Below, piece by piece: positions 36,443 through 46,305 of a stretch of DNA of 64,000 bases; position 1 is the stretch's first letter; each line of letters opens with the position of its first letter. The DNA comes from Bosea sp. (in: a-proteobacteria) (GTDB taxonomy: Bacteria > Pseudomonadota > Alphaproteobacteria > Rhizobiales > Beijerinckiaceae): assembly GCF_030695125.1 (NCBI RefSeq), contig NZ_JAUYTP010000039.1, positions 259 to 64,258 of the forward strand. Reading direction: 5' to 3'. The notes under the pieces were generated by a model. That model saw nothing but the letters and a program-made list of their open reading frames with translations. It searched no databases and was not told the DNA's origin. Made by a program: the position numbers and the translations under genes.

Positions 36443-37402
36443 ATGATGGAGCAACGAGAACTCGAAGAACTGAAGGGGCGCGTGTTGTGTGCGGCGGTGC
36501 TGGAGAAAGCCGGCTTCGCCATCGATCTGAAGGAGAGCACGCGCCGCGCCGTCAAGCACCGGCGCGGCAGCGACATCATCATCGTGATCCACGAAGGCCG
36601 GGGCTGGTTCGATCCGCTGTCGGACGCCAAGGGCGATGTCTTTTCGCTGATCCAGCATCTGGACGGCGTCGCCTTCGCCGAAGTGCTTGTGCGTGCGGCC
36701 GAGCTGGTCGGGTTTGGACCGGCGGAACCTGCGTGGCAGAGATCGCGCACGCAGAGGCCGGATGTCTCTCTTGCCGAACGCTGGCGCGCCCGGCGAGCCC
36801 TTCGGCCGGGCTCTGCCACCTGGCGCTACCTGCGTCACGAACGCCATCTCCCCGAAAGGGTGCTGCGCGCCGCGATCCGTCAGGACCGGCTGCGGGAAGG
36901 CCCGCATGGCAGCGTGTGGGCCGCCCATGTCGACAACGGCGGCATTGTCACCGGATGGGAAGCGCGCGGCCCGCAATGGCGTGGGTTTTCGACCGGCGGG
37001 ACCAAGATGCTGTTCCGACTGGGAGCGCCCGACGCCTTGAGGCTTTGCATCACCGAGGCGGCGATCGACGCCATGAGCCTTGCAGCGCTCGAGGGGCTCC
37101 GGCCCGGAAGCCTCTATCTCAGCACCGGCGGCGGCTGGTCGCCTGCGACAGATGCAGCGGTGCGAACGCTCGCCGCGCCTCCCGGCGCCCAGCTCGTCGC
37201 GGCGACGGATGCCAACAGCCAGGGCGAGGTTTTTGCAGGGCGGCTGCGCGAGATCGCCGAGAGCGCCGGCTGCGACTGGTTTCGGCTGCGGCCGCCAGGC
37301 GACGACTGGAACGACGCTTTGAGGGAGAAGGCGGGGGAGGAGCAGGAAAGGAGGAATGGGAGGAGAGACTTGCCGCATGCCCGCCGGCCGCATCAAGGGT
37401 GA
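36443..37402 (+). CDS. DUF3991/Toprim-domain protein (primase/topoisomerase-like, plasmid/ICE type)
   Basis: Start MMEQRELEEL behind GGGAGAG. The Toprim-like segment is LCITEAAIDAMSLAAL...LVAATDANSQGE with a DxD-type acidic motif. The 417-aa track ORF is over-extended. Confidence 0.65.
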   Translation: MMEQRELEELKGRVLCAAVLEKAGFAIDLKESTRRAVKHRRGSDIIIVIHEGRGWFDPLSDAKGDVFSLIQHLDGVAFAEVLVRAAELVGFGPAEPAWQRSRTQRPDVSLAERWRARRALRPGSATWRYLRHERHLPERVLRAAIRQDRLREGPHGSVWAAHVDNGGIVTGWEARGPQWRGFSTGGTKMLFRLGAPDALRLCITEAAIDAMSLAALEGLRPGSLYLSTGGGWSPATDAAVRTLAAPPGAQLVAATDANSQGEVFAGRLREIAESAGCDWFRLRPPGDDWNDALREKAGEEQERRNGRRDLPHARRPHQG

Positions 37403-37543
37403 CGCTTTGCCCGGCTGCGCCGGCCCTTGACCCGGCCGGACGGCGAGGCGGCCGCAAGGGAGGGGTCAGGAAGAGCCGAAGATGATGGCGATGTCGCGAG
37501 GATGAGCCGCGCTCCGGTCTGACGAGTCCACAGGAGCCAGTTC

Positions 37544-38146
37544 ATGACCCTCTCCCCCATCCGAAAAGTGTTTCAGGGCGTCGCCGACCGGCGCCAAATG
37601 TTTGCGATGTTCGACCGCCATGCCCAGCGGCCCGATCGCGGCCAGGGTAACGCCGGCTCGCTCTACGCCGGCGAATGGTTCGAGATCGGCCAGGCGGCGC
37701 ACGACTATATGTTCGAGGCCCTGCCGCCAGTCATCTTGGCGGTCGATATGTTCGCGCTGCGCGAGTTTCTGACCGGTTCGATCACCAGCGTCTTCTTCAC
37801 ATTGTGGATCGACGGCCGGGCCCGGTACTTCCACGGTTATTGCGATCTCGCCGATATCAATTCCGGCAGGCGCATGCGCGAGGCGATTGTCGAGCGCGAA
37901 ACCCGACCCGTTCGGGCGATGACGCGGCAAGAGCGTCTGGAGCACATCTGGTCGAGCACCCATGACGACTATCGCGGCTATGCCGACGGGCGCTGGCCCG
38001 CGCCCGAGAGAGACAAGCGCACGGTCACGGTCTATAGGGGCCGGCACGGGACGACGTCAAAACTTCTCGACCGTCTGACGGATAGCGAGATCAGCGAAAA
38101 GCTCCCCGTGCATCTGCGCTATCTGCCCGACGCGATCGCGGCGTGA
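37544..38146 (+). CDS. Conserved plasmid/ICE hypothetical protein (I recall this as DUF1419-like)
   Basis: 200 aa. AGSLYAGEWFEIGQAAHDYMFEALPP...FHGYCDLADI. SD CAGGAG. Confidence 0.55.
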   Translation: MTLSPIRKVFQGVADRRQMFAMFDRHAQRPDRGQGNAGSLYAGEWFEIGQAAHDYMFEALPPVILAVDMFALREFLTGSITSVFFTLWIDGRARYFHGYCDLADINSGRRMREAIVERETRPVRAMTRQERLEHIWSSTHDDYRGYADGRWPAPERDKRTVTVYRGRHGTTSKLLDRLTDSEISEKLPVHLRYLPDAIAA

Positions 38147-38155
38147 TGGGCGCCG

Positions 38156-38557
38156 GTGATGTTCAGCTTTTCCGTCACGGATGTCCGCGCCGTCATCACG
38201 CGCGGACGGATCGACGCCGTCCTCAATGGCGGCTTTCGCAATCCCCATTATGGCCTCGCTTCCGGGCAGGACGAACGACCGGGCGTATGGCTGGTCGGCG
38301 ATGAGGGCGTCTACATCATGTCCAACGGCAAGCTTGCCGAGGATCAGCGTCCGCTCGTCGTCTACGCCCAGGAGTGCGATCCAAAAACCAATCCCGACTA
38401 CTGGCATTACAAGCGTCAGCACTTTGGCGGCGATGACGGCGTCGAGTTTCTCGATGCAGCCGAGCTCGTGAAGCTGCTCATGGCCGCGCCGTCGGCGACG
38501 CATCTCACGATCACGATGACCGACAGCGCCCTGTCGCTCGCCCTGGCCCGGCGCTGA
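38156..38557 (+). CDS. Conserved plasmid/ICE hypothetical protein (I recall this as DUF3085-like)
   Basis: 133 aa. GVWLVGDEGVYIMSNGKL...DYWHYKRQHFGGDDGVEFL. GTG-ATG start at 38156/38159. Confidence 0.5.
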   Translation: MMFSFSVTDVRAVITRGRIDAVLNGGFRNPHYGLASGQDERPGVWLVGDEGVYIMSNGKLAEDQRPLVVYAQECDPKTNPDYWHYKRQHFGGDDGVEFLDAAELVKLLMAAPSATHLTITMTDSALSLALARR

Positions 38558-38637
38558 TCCGCCGGCTGAACCAGCCACCCACCCACCATCCATCGCCCGC
38601 GACCAAACCTCCCGTCGGACCTGATCCGGCGGGAGCG

Positions 38638-41600
38638 ATGGCGCGCGCCCCGATCAGAGGAGAATTCGCCATGGCTCACGATCACCACTTGTCTCTTGAT
38701 CCCTTCACCATCGACCTCTTCAACGACACCGCGCTCTCATCGGGCCTGAGCCTCGGCGTGACGGCCTTCGCCGGCGACGTCGTAGCCAATGACGACGATG
38801 ACCCGGAGCCCACGCCGCCGACGCCGGCGCAACGGATCGTTCCGTCGGGGCCGCGGCTTTCAACGCTTGGTCGGGCCAACTTCGTCCTTGAGGACAATCG
38901 CGGTTTGGCTGCGAACTGGAAGGATCGTGCCCGCGACAGCATTGCTGCGATCCGGATCGCATCGCAAATCGAAGTTGAGCAGCGGCCGGCGACGCTGGAC
39001 GAACAGCGCAGGCTGATCCGCTTCACAGGATTCGGCGCCTCCGACCTCGCCAATGGCGTCTTCCTGCGGCCGGGCGAAACGACATTCCGGAAGGGCTGGG
39101 AGACGATCGGCGGCGCGCTGCAGGATGCGGTCAGCGACGCCGATTACGCTTCGTTGGCGCGCTGCACGCAGTACGCTCATTTCACGCCGGAGTTCATCGT
39201 CCGGGCAATCTGGGCCGGCCTGCGGCGGCTCGGCTGGCGCGGTGGCCGCTTGCTCGAACCTGGCATCGGAACCGGGCTGTTCGCGGCACTCATGCCGGAA
39301 GCCTTTCGCGATTGCGCCCACGTCACCGGCGTCGAGCTTGATCCGACGACGGCGCGCATCGCCCGGCTGCTGCAGCCGCGCGCTCGCATCCTCGCCGGCG
39401 ACTTTGCCCGAACCGAGCTACCTTCGAACTTCGACCTCGCCATCGGCAACCCGCCGTTTTCCGATCGCATGGTCCGCTCCGACCGCGCCTATCGTTCGAT
39501 GGGCTTGCGGCTGCACGACTACTTCATCGCGCGCTCGATCGATTTGTTGAAGCCTGGCGGGCTGGCGGCCTTCGTCACCTCACATGGCACGATGGACAAG
39601 GTGGACGCGTCAGCGCGCGAGAAGATCGCGAAAGTTGCCGATCTGGTCGCTGCGATTCGGCTGCCGCAAGGCAGCTTCCGCGCCGACGCCGGGACGGACG
39701 TCGTCGTCGACATCCTGTTCTTCAGGAAGCGGAAGCTGGGCGAGCCGCAAGGCGAGCTCGCATGGGTCGATATCGAGGAGGTGCGGGCCGCCACGGCAGA
39801 CGAGGGTGCGATCCGCGTCAATCGCTGGTTCGTGCGCAATCCCGGCTTCGTGCTTGGCACGCACGCCCTCACCACAGGGCCGTTCGGCGAGGCCTATACC
39901 TGTCTGCCCCAGCCCGACGTCGCGCTCGACGCCGCGTTGAACGCCGCCATCCGTCTCCTCCCGGAGAGCCTCTATGACGGCGAGCCGGAAGCGGTCGATC
40001 TCGACGACGGGGAAGCGTCGGACGTTGATCTCGTTCTCCCGCACGAGACGCGCATCCGCGAGGGCAGTTACTTCGTCGACACACGCCGCGGGCTGATGCA
40101 GCTCGTAGACGGCCAGCCCGTCGCGGTGAAGGTTCGAAAAGGGCGGAGCGCCGAGGGCGTCCCGGAAAAGCACGTCCGGATCATCCAGAAGCTGATCCCG
40201 ATCCGTGACGCCATGCGCGAGGTCCTCAGCTGCCAGGAACAGGACCGGCCCTGGAAGGATGAGCAGGTTCGCATGCGCATCGCCTGGTCGAGCTTTTTGC
40301 GCGACTTCGGGCCGATCAACCACACGACGGTCTCGATCTCTCAGGACGAGTCAACGGGCGAGGTCCGCGAAACCCATCGCCGTCCGAACCTGCAGCCATT
40401 CCTTGACGATCCCGATTGCTGGCTCGTCGCCTCGATCGAGGATTACGACCTCGATACCGACACGGCAAAGCCCGGTCCTCTCTTCAGCGAGCGCGTCATC
40501 GCGCCGCTTGCCGCGCCCGTTATTACTTCGGCTGCCGACGCGCTTGCCGTCGTCCTGAACGAGCGCGGCCGCGTCGATCTCGAGCACATTGCCGAGCTTC
40601 TCCATCGGGATGTCGCCAACGTCATCGTCAAGCTGGGCGACGCGATCTTCCGGAATCCGGCCGACGGCACCTGGCTGATGGCGGACGCCTATCTGTCGGG
40701 GCCGGTGCGCGACAAGCTGAAGGTTGCCGAAGCCGCGGCAGCGCTCGACCCCGCATTCGAGCGCAATGTCCGCGCCCTGGTCGCGGTCCAGCCGGCCGAT
40801 CTCGGTCCCTCCGACATCACCGCTCGTCTCGGCGCGCCGTGGATTCCGGCAGCCGACGTCGTCGCCTTCGTCAAGGAGGCGATGGGCGCCGAGATCACGA
40901 TCCGCCACATGCCGGAGCTGGCGTCATGGACAGTGGATGCGCGCCAGCTCGCCTGGCTGGCGGCGGGAACCTCCGATTGGGGCACGGGCCGTCGCCATGC
41001 CGGCGAGCTGCTGACCGACGCGCTGAACAGCCGCATCCCGCAAATCTTTGACACGGTGAAGGAGGGCGGCAGCGAGCGGCGCGTGCTCAACGTCGTCGAT
41101 ACCGAAGCCACCAAGGAGAAGCTGCACAAGATCAAGACCGCATTCCAGACATGGGTCTGGTCCGATCCGGCACGCACCGACCGGCTGGCGCGGGTCTACA
41201 ATGACCGCTTCAACAACATCGCGCCGCGCGCTTTTGATGGCTCGCATCTGAACCTGCCTGGCGCAAGCGGCGCTTTCACCCTCTACCCCCATCAGAAGCG
41301 CGGCATCTGGCGGATCATCGCGACTGGGTCGACCTATCTTGCCCACGCGGTCGGCGCCGGAAAGACCATGACCTTTGCTGCCGCCGTGATGGAGCAGCGT
41401 CGGCTCGGGCTGATCGCCAAGGCCATGCTGGTCGTGCCGGGCCATTGCCTGGCGCAGGTCGCGCGGGAGTTTTTGGCGCTCTACCCGAACGCCCGCATCC
41501 TCGTCGCCGACGAGAGCAATTTTACGAAGGAGAAACGCCACCGCTTTCTGTCGCGCGCTGCGACCGCGACCTGGGACGCGATCATCATCACCCATTCGGC

Positions 41601-43773
41601 GTTCCGCTTCATCGACGTGCCGTCCGCCTTCGAGCAGCAGATGATTCAGGACGAACTCGAACTCTATGAGAGCCTCTTGACGAAGGTCGAGACCGATGAC
41701 CGCGTCTCGCGCAAGCGCCTCGAACGCCTGAAGGAGGGATTGAAGGAGCGGCTGGAGGCGCTCTCGACCCGCAAGGACGATCTCCTGACCATCTCCGAGC
41801 TCGGCATCGATCAGATCATTGTCGACGAGGCGCAGGAGTTCCGGAAGTTGTCCTTCGCCACCAACATGTCGACACTGAAGGGCGTCGACCCCAACGGCTC
41901 GCAGCGCGCCTGGGATTTCTATGTGAAGTCGCGCTTCGTCGAGACGAAGAACCCCGGCCGGGCGCTCGTCCTTGCCTCGGGTACGCCGATCACCAACACG
42001 CTCGGCGAGATGTTCTCGGTGCAGCGGCTGATGGACCATGCCGCGCTTCGCCAGCGCGGGCTGCATGAGTTCGACGCCTGGGCTTCGACCTTTGGCGATA
42101 CCACGACCGAACTCGAGCTGCAGCCATCGGGCAAATACAAGCCGGTCTCGCGCTTCGCCAGCTTCGTCAATGTGCCCGAGCTGATCGCCATGTTCCGCTC
42201 CTTCGCGGATGTCGTGCTTCCCGACGATTTGCGGCGTTATGTGAAGGTGCCGGCGATCTCGACCGGCCGCCGTCAGATTCTGACCGCCAAACCGACGTCG
42301 GCCTTCAAGTCGTATCAGCGCCTGCTTGACGAACGCATCAAGGCGATCGAGATGCGCGACCGGCCGCCGGAGCCCGGCGACGACATCCTGCTCTCGGTCA
42401 TCACCGATGGCCGCCATGCCGCGATCGATCTGCGCTTGGTCGATCCCGACAACGACAACGACGCGGAGAACAAGCTCAACCTGCTTATCGGGAACGCGCT
42501 ACGCATATGGCGGGAAACCACGGACGCAACCTATGTCCGGCCCGATGGCAAGCCCTTCGAGGCGACGGGCGCCGCGCAGATGATTTTCTCCGATCTCGGC
42601 ACGATCAGCGTCGAGAAGAGCCGGGGGTTCTCTGCCTATCGCTGGATCCGCGACGAGTTGGTCCGACGCGGCGTGCCGGTCTCCGAAATCGCCTTCATGC
42701 AGGATTTCAAGAAGTCGGAGGCCAAACAGCGCCTGTTCGGCGATGTCCGGGCCGGCCGGGTGCGCTTTCTGATCGGCTCGTCGGAGACGATGGGCACCGG
42801 CGTCAACGCCCAACTCCGCCTGAAAGCGTTGCATCATCTTGACGTGCCGTGGCTGCCCTCGCAGATCGAGCAGCGAGAGGGGAGGATCGTGCGGCAGGGC
42901 AACCAGCATGACGAGGTCGACATCTTCGCCTATGCGACGCAAGGCTCGCTCGACGCCACGATGTGGCAAAACAATGAGCGCAAGGCCCGCTTCATCGCGG
43001 CGGCACTCTCAGGCGACACCTCGATCCGCCGTTTGGAGGATCTGGGCGAGGGGCAGGCCAACCAGTTCGCGATGGCGAAAGCGATCGCGTCGGGCGATCA
43101 GCGGCTGATGCAGAAGGCCGGGTTGGAGGCCGAGATCGCCCGGCTCGAGCGCCTGCGTGCCGCCCATCAGGACGATCAGTTCGCCGTGCGTCGGCAGCTT
43201 CGCGATGCCGAACGGGATAGCGCGGTCTCGACCCGCCGGATTGACGAGATTGGGCGCGACATCGAGCGCCTCGTTCCGACCACCGGCGACGCATTCGCCA
43301 TGACGGTGGCGGGCTCACCCTATCGCGAGCGCAAGGAGGCTGGACGCGCCTTGCTCCGGGAAATCCTGACCCTCGTGCAGATGCGGCATGAGGGGGAGGT
43401 GGTGATCGCCATGATCGGCGGGTTTGAACTGGAGTTCAGCGGCGAGCGCGGGGGCCGCGATGGCTATCGCTATGAGACGATGTTGCTTCGTACCGGCGCT
43501 GAGCACGAGATCGATCTGCCGGTCACGGTGACGCCGCTTGGCGCGGTGTCGCGGCTCGAACACGCACTCGGGGATCTTGAGGGCGAGCGGGAGCGGTATC
43601 GTCAGCGTCTCGCTGAGGCCCAGCGCCGGCTCGCGTCGTATCGGTCGCGCGAGGATGGCACGTTCGCCTTCGGCGAGGAGCTGGCGGAGAAACGCCGACA
43701 GTTGGTCGAGATCGAGACAGCGCTGGCGAGCGATACGGACGGACCTGATGCGATGCCGGCGGTCGCAGCTTGA
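38638..43773 (+). CDS. Giant N6-adenine DNA methyltransferase / SNF2-type helicase fusion (1711 aa)
   Basis: Methyltransferase motif I is LEPGIGTGLF and motif IV is GNPPFS. Helicase Walker A is AHAVGAGKTM, the DEAQ box is IVDEAQEFRK, and motif VI is QREGRIVRQGN. There is a long C-terminal coiled region. An alternative start is at 38671. Confidence 0.85.
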   Translation: MARAPIRGEFAMAHDHHLSLDPFTIDLFNDTALSSGLSLGVTAFAGDVVANDDDDPEPTPPTPAQRIVPSGPRLSTLGRANFVLEDNRGLAANWKDRARDSIAAIRIASQIEVEQRPATLDEQRRLIRFTGFGASDLANGVFLRPGETTFRKGWETIGGALQDAVSDADYASLARCTQYAHFTPEFIVRAIWAGLRRLGWRGGRLLEPGIGTGLFAALMPEAFRDCAHVTGVELDPTTARIARLLQPRARILAGDFARTELPSNFDLAIGNPPFSDRMVRSDRAYRSMGLRLHDYFIARSIDLLKPGGLAAFVTSHGTMDKVDASAREKIAKVADLVAAIRLPQGSFRADAGTDVVVDILFFRKRKLGEPQGELAWVDIEEVRAATADEGAIRVNRWFVRNPGFVLGTHALTTGPFGEAYTCLPQPDVALDAALNAAIRLLPESLYDGEPEAVDLDDGEASDVDLVLPHETRIREGSYFVDTRRGLMQLVDGQPVAVKVRKGRSAEGVPEKHVRIIQKLIPIRDAMREVLSCQEQDRPWKDEQVRMRIAWSSFLRDFGPINHTTVSISQDESTGEVRETHRRPNLQPFLDDPDCWLVASIEDYDLDTDTAKPGPLFSERVIAPLAAPVITSAADALAVVLNERGRVDLEHIAELLHRDVANVIVKLGDAIFRNPADGTWLMADAYLSGPVRDKLKVAEAAAALDPAFERNVRALVAVQPADLGPSDITARLGAPWIPAADVVAFVKEAMGAEITIRHMPELASWTVDARQLAWLAAGTSDWGTGRRHAGELLTDALNSRIPQIFDTVKEGGSERRVLNVVDTEATKEKLHKIKTAFQTWVWSDPARTDRLARVYNDRFNNIAPRAFDGSHLNLPGASGAFTLYPHQKRGIWRIIATGSTYLAHAVGAGKTMTFAAAVMEQRRLGLIAKAMLVVPGHCLAQVAREFLALYPNARILVADESNFTKEKRHRFLSRAATATWDAIIITHSAFRFIDVPSAFEQQMIQDELELYESLLTKVETDDRVSRKRLERLKEGLKERLEALSTRKDDLLTISELGIDQIIVDEAQEFRKLSFATNMSTLKGVDPNGSQRAWDFYVKSRFVETKNPGRALVLASGTPITNTLGEMFSVQRLMDHAALRQRGLHEFDAWASTFGDTTTELELQPSGKYKPVSRFASFVNVPELIAMFRSFADVVLPDDLRRYVKVPAISTGRRQILTAKPTSAFKSYQRLLDERIKAIEMRDRPPEPGDDILLSVITDGRHAAIDLRLVDPDNDNDAENKLNLLIGNALRIWRETTDATYVRPDGKPFEATGAAQMIFSDLGTISVEKSRGFSAYRWIRDELVRRGVPVSEIAFMQDFKKSEAKQRLFGDVRAGRVRFLIGSSETMGTGVNAQLRLKALHHLDVPWLPSQIEQREGRIVRQGNQHDEVDIFAYATQGSLDATMWQNNERKARFIAAALSGDTSIRRLEDLGEGQANQFAMAKAIASGDQRLMQKAGLEAEIARLERLRAAHQDDQFAVRRQLRDAERDSAVSTRRIDEIGRDIERLVPTTGDAFAMTVAGSPYRERKEAGRALLREILTLVQMRHEGEVVIAMIGGFELEFSGERGGRDGYRYETMLLRTGAEHEIDLPVTVTPLGAVSRLEHALGDLEGERERYRQRLAEAQRRLASYRSREDGTFAFGEELAEKRRQLVEIETALASDTDGPDAMPAVAA

Positions 43774-43946
43774 TCTGAGCAGAAGGGCGGAAAGCGGGGC
43801 GAGAGAAAAAATGAACCTTGCTCGCCGACCGGCCATTCCGGTGACACTGACGCTCAACCGCCGCCGTCGCGATCCCGGTCCGTTGTCCCGCGCAGGGCTT
43901 TGCCCCGCTTGGCCATCCGGACCGACATGCTCGGCCGCAGTTGCAC

Positions 43947-44008
43947 CGACCTGTCCGCTCCGCGGCCTGGGAGGGGTCTTCGGGAAGAAGACTGAACCGG
44001 ACAGGTCG
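43947..44008 (+). other. Nested long hairpin upstream of the ParB-nuclease gene
   Basis: Outer arms cgacctgtccg (43947-43957) and cggacaggtcg (43998-44008). An inner gtcttc-gggaa-gaagac hairpin is present. No U-tract. Confidence 0.35.
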
Positions 44009-44044
44009 AGGCCGTGTCCCGCACCCTCTGAAGGAGCTTCCCCC

Positions 44045-45736
44045 ATGCATCTCATGAAAGTCGATCCGCGCGCGCTGAAGGAGAATTCCGATCGTTCGCG
44101 CCAGACCAAATCCACACCGCAGGCCGACGCGTTGCTGCTGGCGACGATCAAGGCGGTCGGCCTCGTCCAGCCGCCGGTGATCGCGCCGGAGACCGATGGC
44201 GGCAATGGATACATCATTGATTCCGGGCATCGCCGCGTGAAGCAGGCGATCGCGGCCGGGCTGGAGGAAATCGACGTCCTGGTCGTCGATGCCGCCAACG
44301 ATAATGGCGCGATGCGCAGCATCGTCGAGAACATTGCCCGGGAGCCGCTGAACCCGGTCGATCAGTGGCGGGCGATCGAGCGTCTCGTCTCGCTCGGCTG
44401 GACAGAAGAAGCGATCGGCATCGCGCTCGCCTTGCCGGTGCGCCAGATCAGGAAACTAAGGCTGCTGGCGAATGTGCTGCCGGCGATGCTGGACCACATG
44501 GCGAAGGGCGATATGCCGGGCGAGCAGCAACTGCGCGCGATCGCGGCCGCCAATCTCGACGAACAGCGCGAGGTCTGGAAGGCGCAGAAGCCGAAGAAGG
44601 GCGACCCGCAGGTATCATGGTGGAGCGTAGCGAACGCTCTGTCGAAGAAGCGCATGTACGCGCGCGACGCGAGTTTTGGCGATGATCTGGCCCAGGCCTA
44701 TGGGATCGCATGGGTCGAAGACCTCTTCGCGCCGGCCGACGAGGACAGCCGCTACACCACCAATGTCGAGGGGTTCCTTGGTGCGCAGCAGGAGTGGATG
44801 ACGATCCATTTGCCCAAGCGCGGCGTCATCACCGACGTCAACAACTGGGGTCAGGTCGTGCTCCCGCCCAAGGCCGAGCGCGTCCACGGCAAGCCGGGCA
44901 AGAGCGACCGCACGGCGATGTATCTCGACCGCGAGGGCAAGGTGCAGAGCGTGCATTTTCGGCTGCCGGAGCCGAAGAAGAACAAGGGCGCGGACGAGGC
45001 GGCTGGCGACGATGCGATCGTGATGGTGAAGCCCCGGCCGGACGTGACCCGCAAGGGCATCGAGATGATCGGCGACCTGCGCACCGATGCGCTGCACGAG
45101 GCACTGGCCCGGGCGCCGATCGAGGACGATACGCTGATGGCGCTGCTGGTGCTCGCGCTCGCCGGTCGAAACATCTCGGTCCAGTCTGGCGCATCCGATG
45201 ACGTTTATGGGTTCGCCCGGATGGAGCGGCATGCCGTTGGCCTCGTCGGCGAGGACGGCAAGCTCTCCTTTGACATGGACACGCTGCGGGTCGCAGCGCG
45301 CTCGGCCCTGATCGACATCATCTCGGCCCGCGAAAACCGGACCAATAGCGGCATCGTTGCGCGCCTTGCCGGCGACGCGGTCGGCGCGGACGGTTTTCTG
45401 CCGACCATGGGCACGGACGAGTTCCTGTCGTGCCTGTCTCGCCAGGCGCTGGAGCGCTCTTGCAAGGACACGTCCGTGCTTCCCCGTGCGCGGGTGAAGG
45501 ACACGCGCGCCGCGCTCGTCGAGCACTTCAGAGAAGCGCGCTTCGTTCATCCCACCGCGCTGTTTGCACCGACCGCAGCCGAGGTCGCCACCTGGCGTTC
45601 GAAGAGCGCGGTCGGCGCGGATGACGACGCCGACGTCACGGCGGACGATGCTGATATCGGGTCCGGCGATGCCGCTGCACTCGACGACTTCGATCCCGAG
45701 GCGATCGACGAGGCCTACCGTGTCGCGGCGGAATAA
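44045..45736 (+). CDS. ParB/Srx-N-terminal-domain (ParB-like nuclease) protein, 563 aa
   Basis: Start MHLMKVDP behind GAAGGAG. The ParB-N motif region is YIIDSGHRRVKQAIAAG. The C-terminal ~400 aa is long and uncharacterised. The track ORF from 43538 is over-extended. Confidence 0.75.
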   Translation: MHLMKVDPRALKENSDRSRQTKSTPQADALLLATIKAVGLVQPPVIAPETDGGNGYIIDSGHRRVKQAIAAGLEEIDVLVVDAANDNGAMRSIVENIAREPLNPVDQWRAIERLVSLGWTEEAIGIALALPVRQIRKLRLLANVLPAMLDHMAKGDMPGEQQLRAIAAANLDEQREVWKAQKPKKGDPQVSWWSVANALSKKRMYARDASFGDDLAQAYGIAWVEDLFAPADEDSRYTTNVEGFLGAQQEWMTIHLPKRGVITDVNNWGQVVLPPKAERVHGKPGKSDRTAMYLDREGKVQSVHFRLPEPKKNKGADEAAGDDAIVMVKPRPDVTRKGIEMIGDLRTDALHEALARAPIEDDTLMALLVLALAGRNISVQSGASDDVYGFARMERHAVGLVGEDGKLSFDMDTLRVAARSALIDIISARENRTNSGIVARLAGDAVGADGFLPTMGTDEFLSCLSRQALERSCKDTSVLPRARVKDTRAALVEHFREARFVHPTALFAPTAAEVATWRSKSAVGADDDADVTADDADIGSGDAAALDDFDPEAIDEAYRVAAE

Positions 45737-45769
45737 CCCCGACCTCCTCACTCAAGCCCGATTTACCTC

Positions 45770-45804
45770 CCGCCGCCGGCCTCATGCCGGCGGCGGTTTC
45801 GTTT
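45770..45804 (+). terminator. Rho-independent terminator
   Basis: ccgccgccggc-ctcat-gccggcggcgg, an 11-bp GC stem followed by tttcgttt. Confidence 0.75.
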
Positions 45805-45831
45805 GCACGCAGCGCCATCACGGAGGACAAC

Positions 45832-46305
45832 ATGTCCGCGCACGCAATATTCGATCATGCACCCATCGGCTCGACCATCGCCTGGTCCGACGGCACGCCG
45901 CGGCCACTGGCGCGCTTCACCAGGAAACTCGCAGCCTGGCTGACCAACAACGGCAAGGGCCGCCTGATCCGGAAGCAGCCCAGCAGGAGCATGGGCAATC
46001 TCAGCCTGTCCGCCAGCTTCACTTTGCACGAAGCGGATTTCGGCACTGGGGGCGTCGTCGCGATCCGGGTCCATCGCAGCTTCTCGCTGGACTCCACCCT
46101 ACACTTCAGCGCGGTCGAGCGCCCGGCGATCGGGTCGGTGCGCGTGTTGGACCGGGTCGGCGCGGATGCCGAGCTTGTCCATCTCGCGTCAAACCTCGCG
46201 GCGGCGGAGGAATGGCTCTCTCGTCATGGCTATCCGCGCGCCGTGCTTCAGGAGGTCACGGCCGACGAGGTCGGGGCCGCTGTCGTCGAGGGGAGGGCGG
46301 CATGA
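45832..46305 (+). CDS. Hypothetical protein (157 aa)
   Basis: SD GGAGG 6 nt upstream. MSAHAIFDHAPIGSTIAWSDGTPRPLARFTRKLAAWLTNNGKG... Its stop overlaps the next ATG. Confidence 0.55.
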   Translation: MSAHAIFDHAPIGSTIAWSDGTPRPLARFTRKLAAWLTNNGKGRLIRKQPSRSMGNLSLSASFTLHEADFGTGGVVAIRVHRSFSLDSTLHFSAVERPAIGSVRVLDRVGADAELVHLASNLAAAEEWLSRHGYPRAVLQEVTADEVGAAVVEGRAA

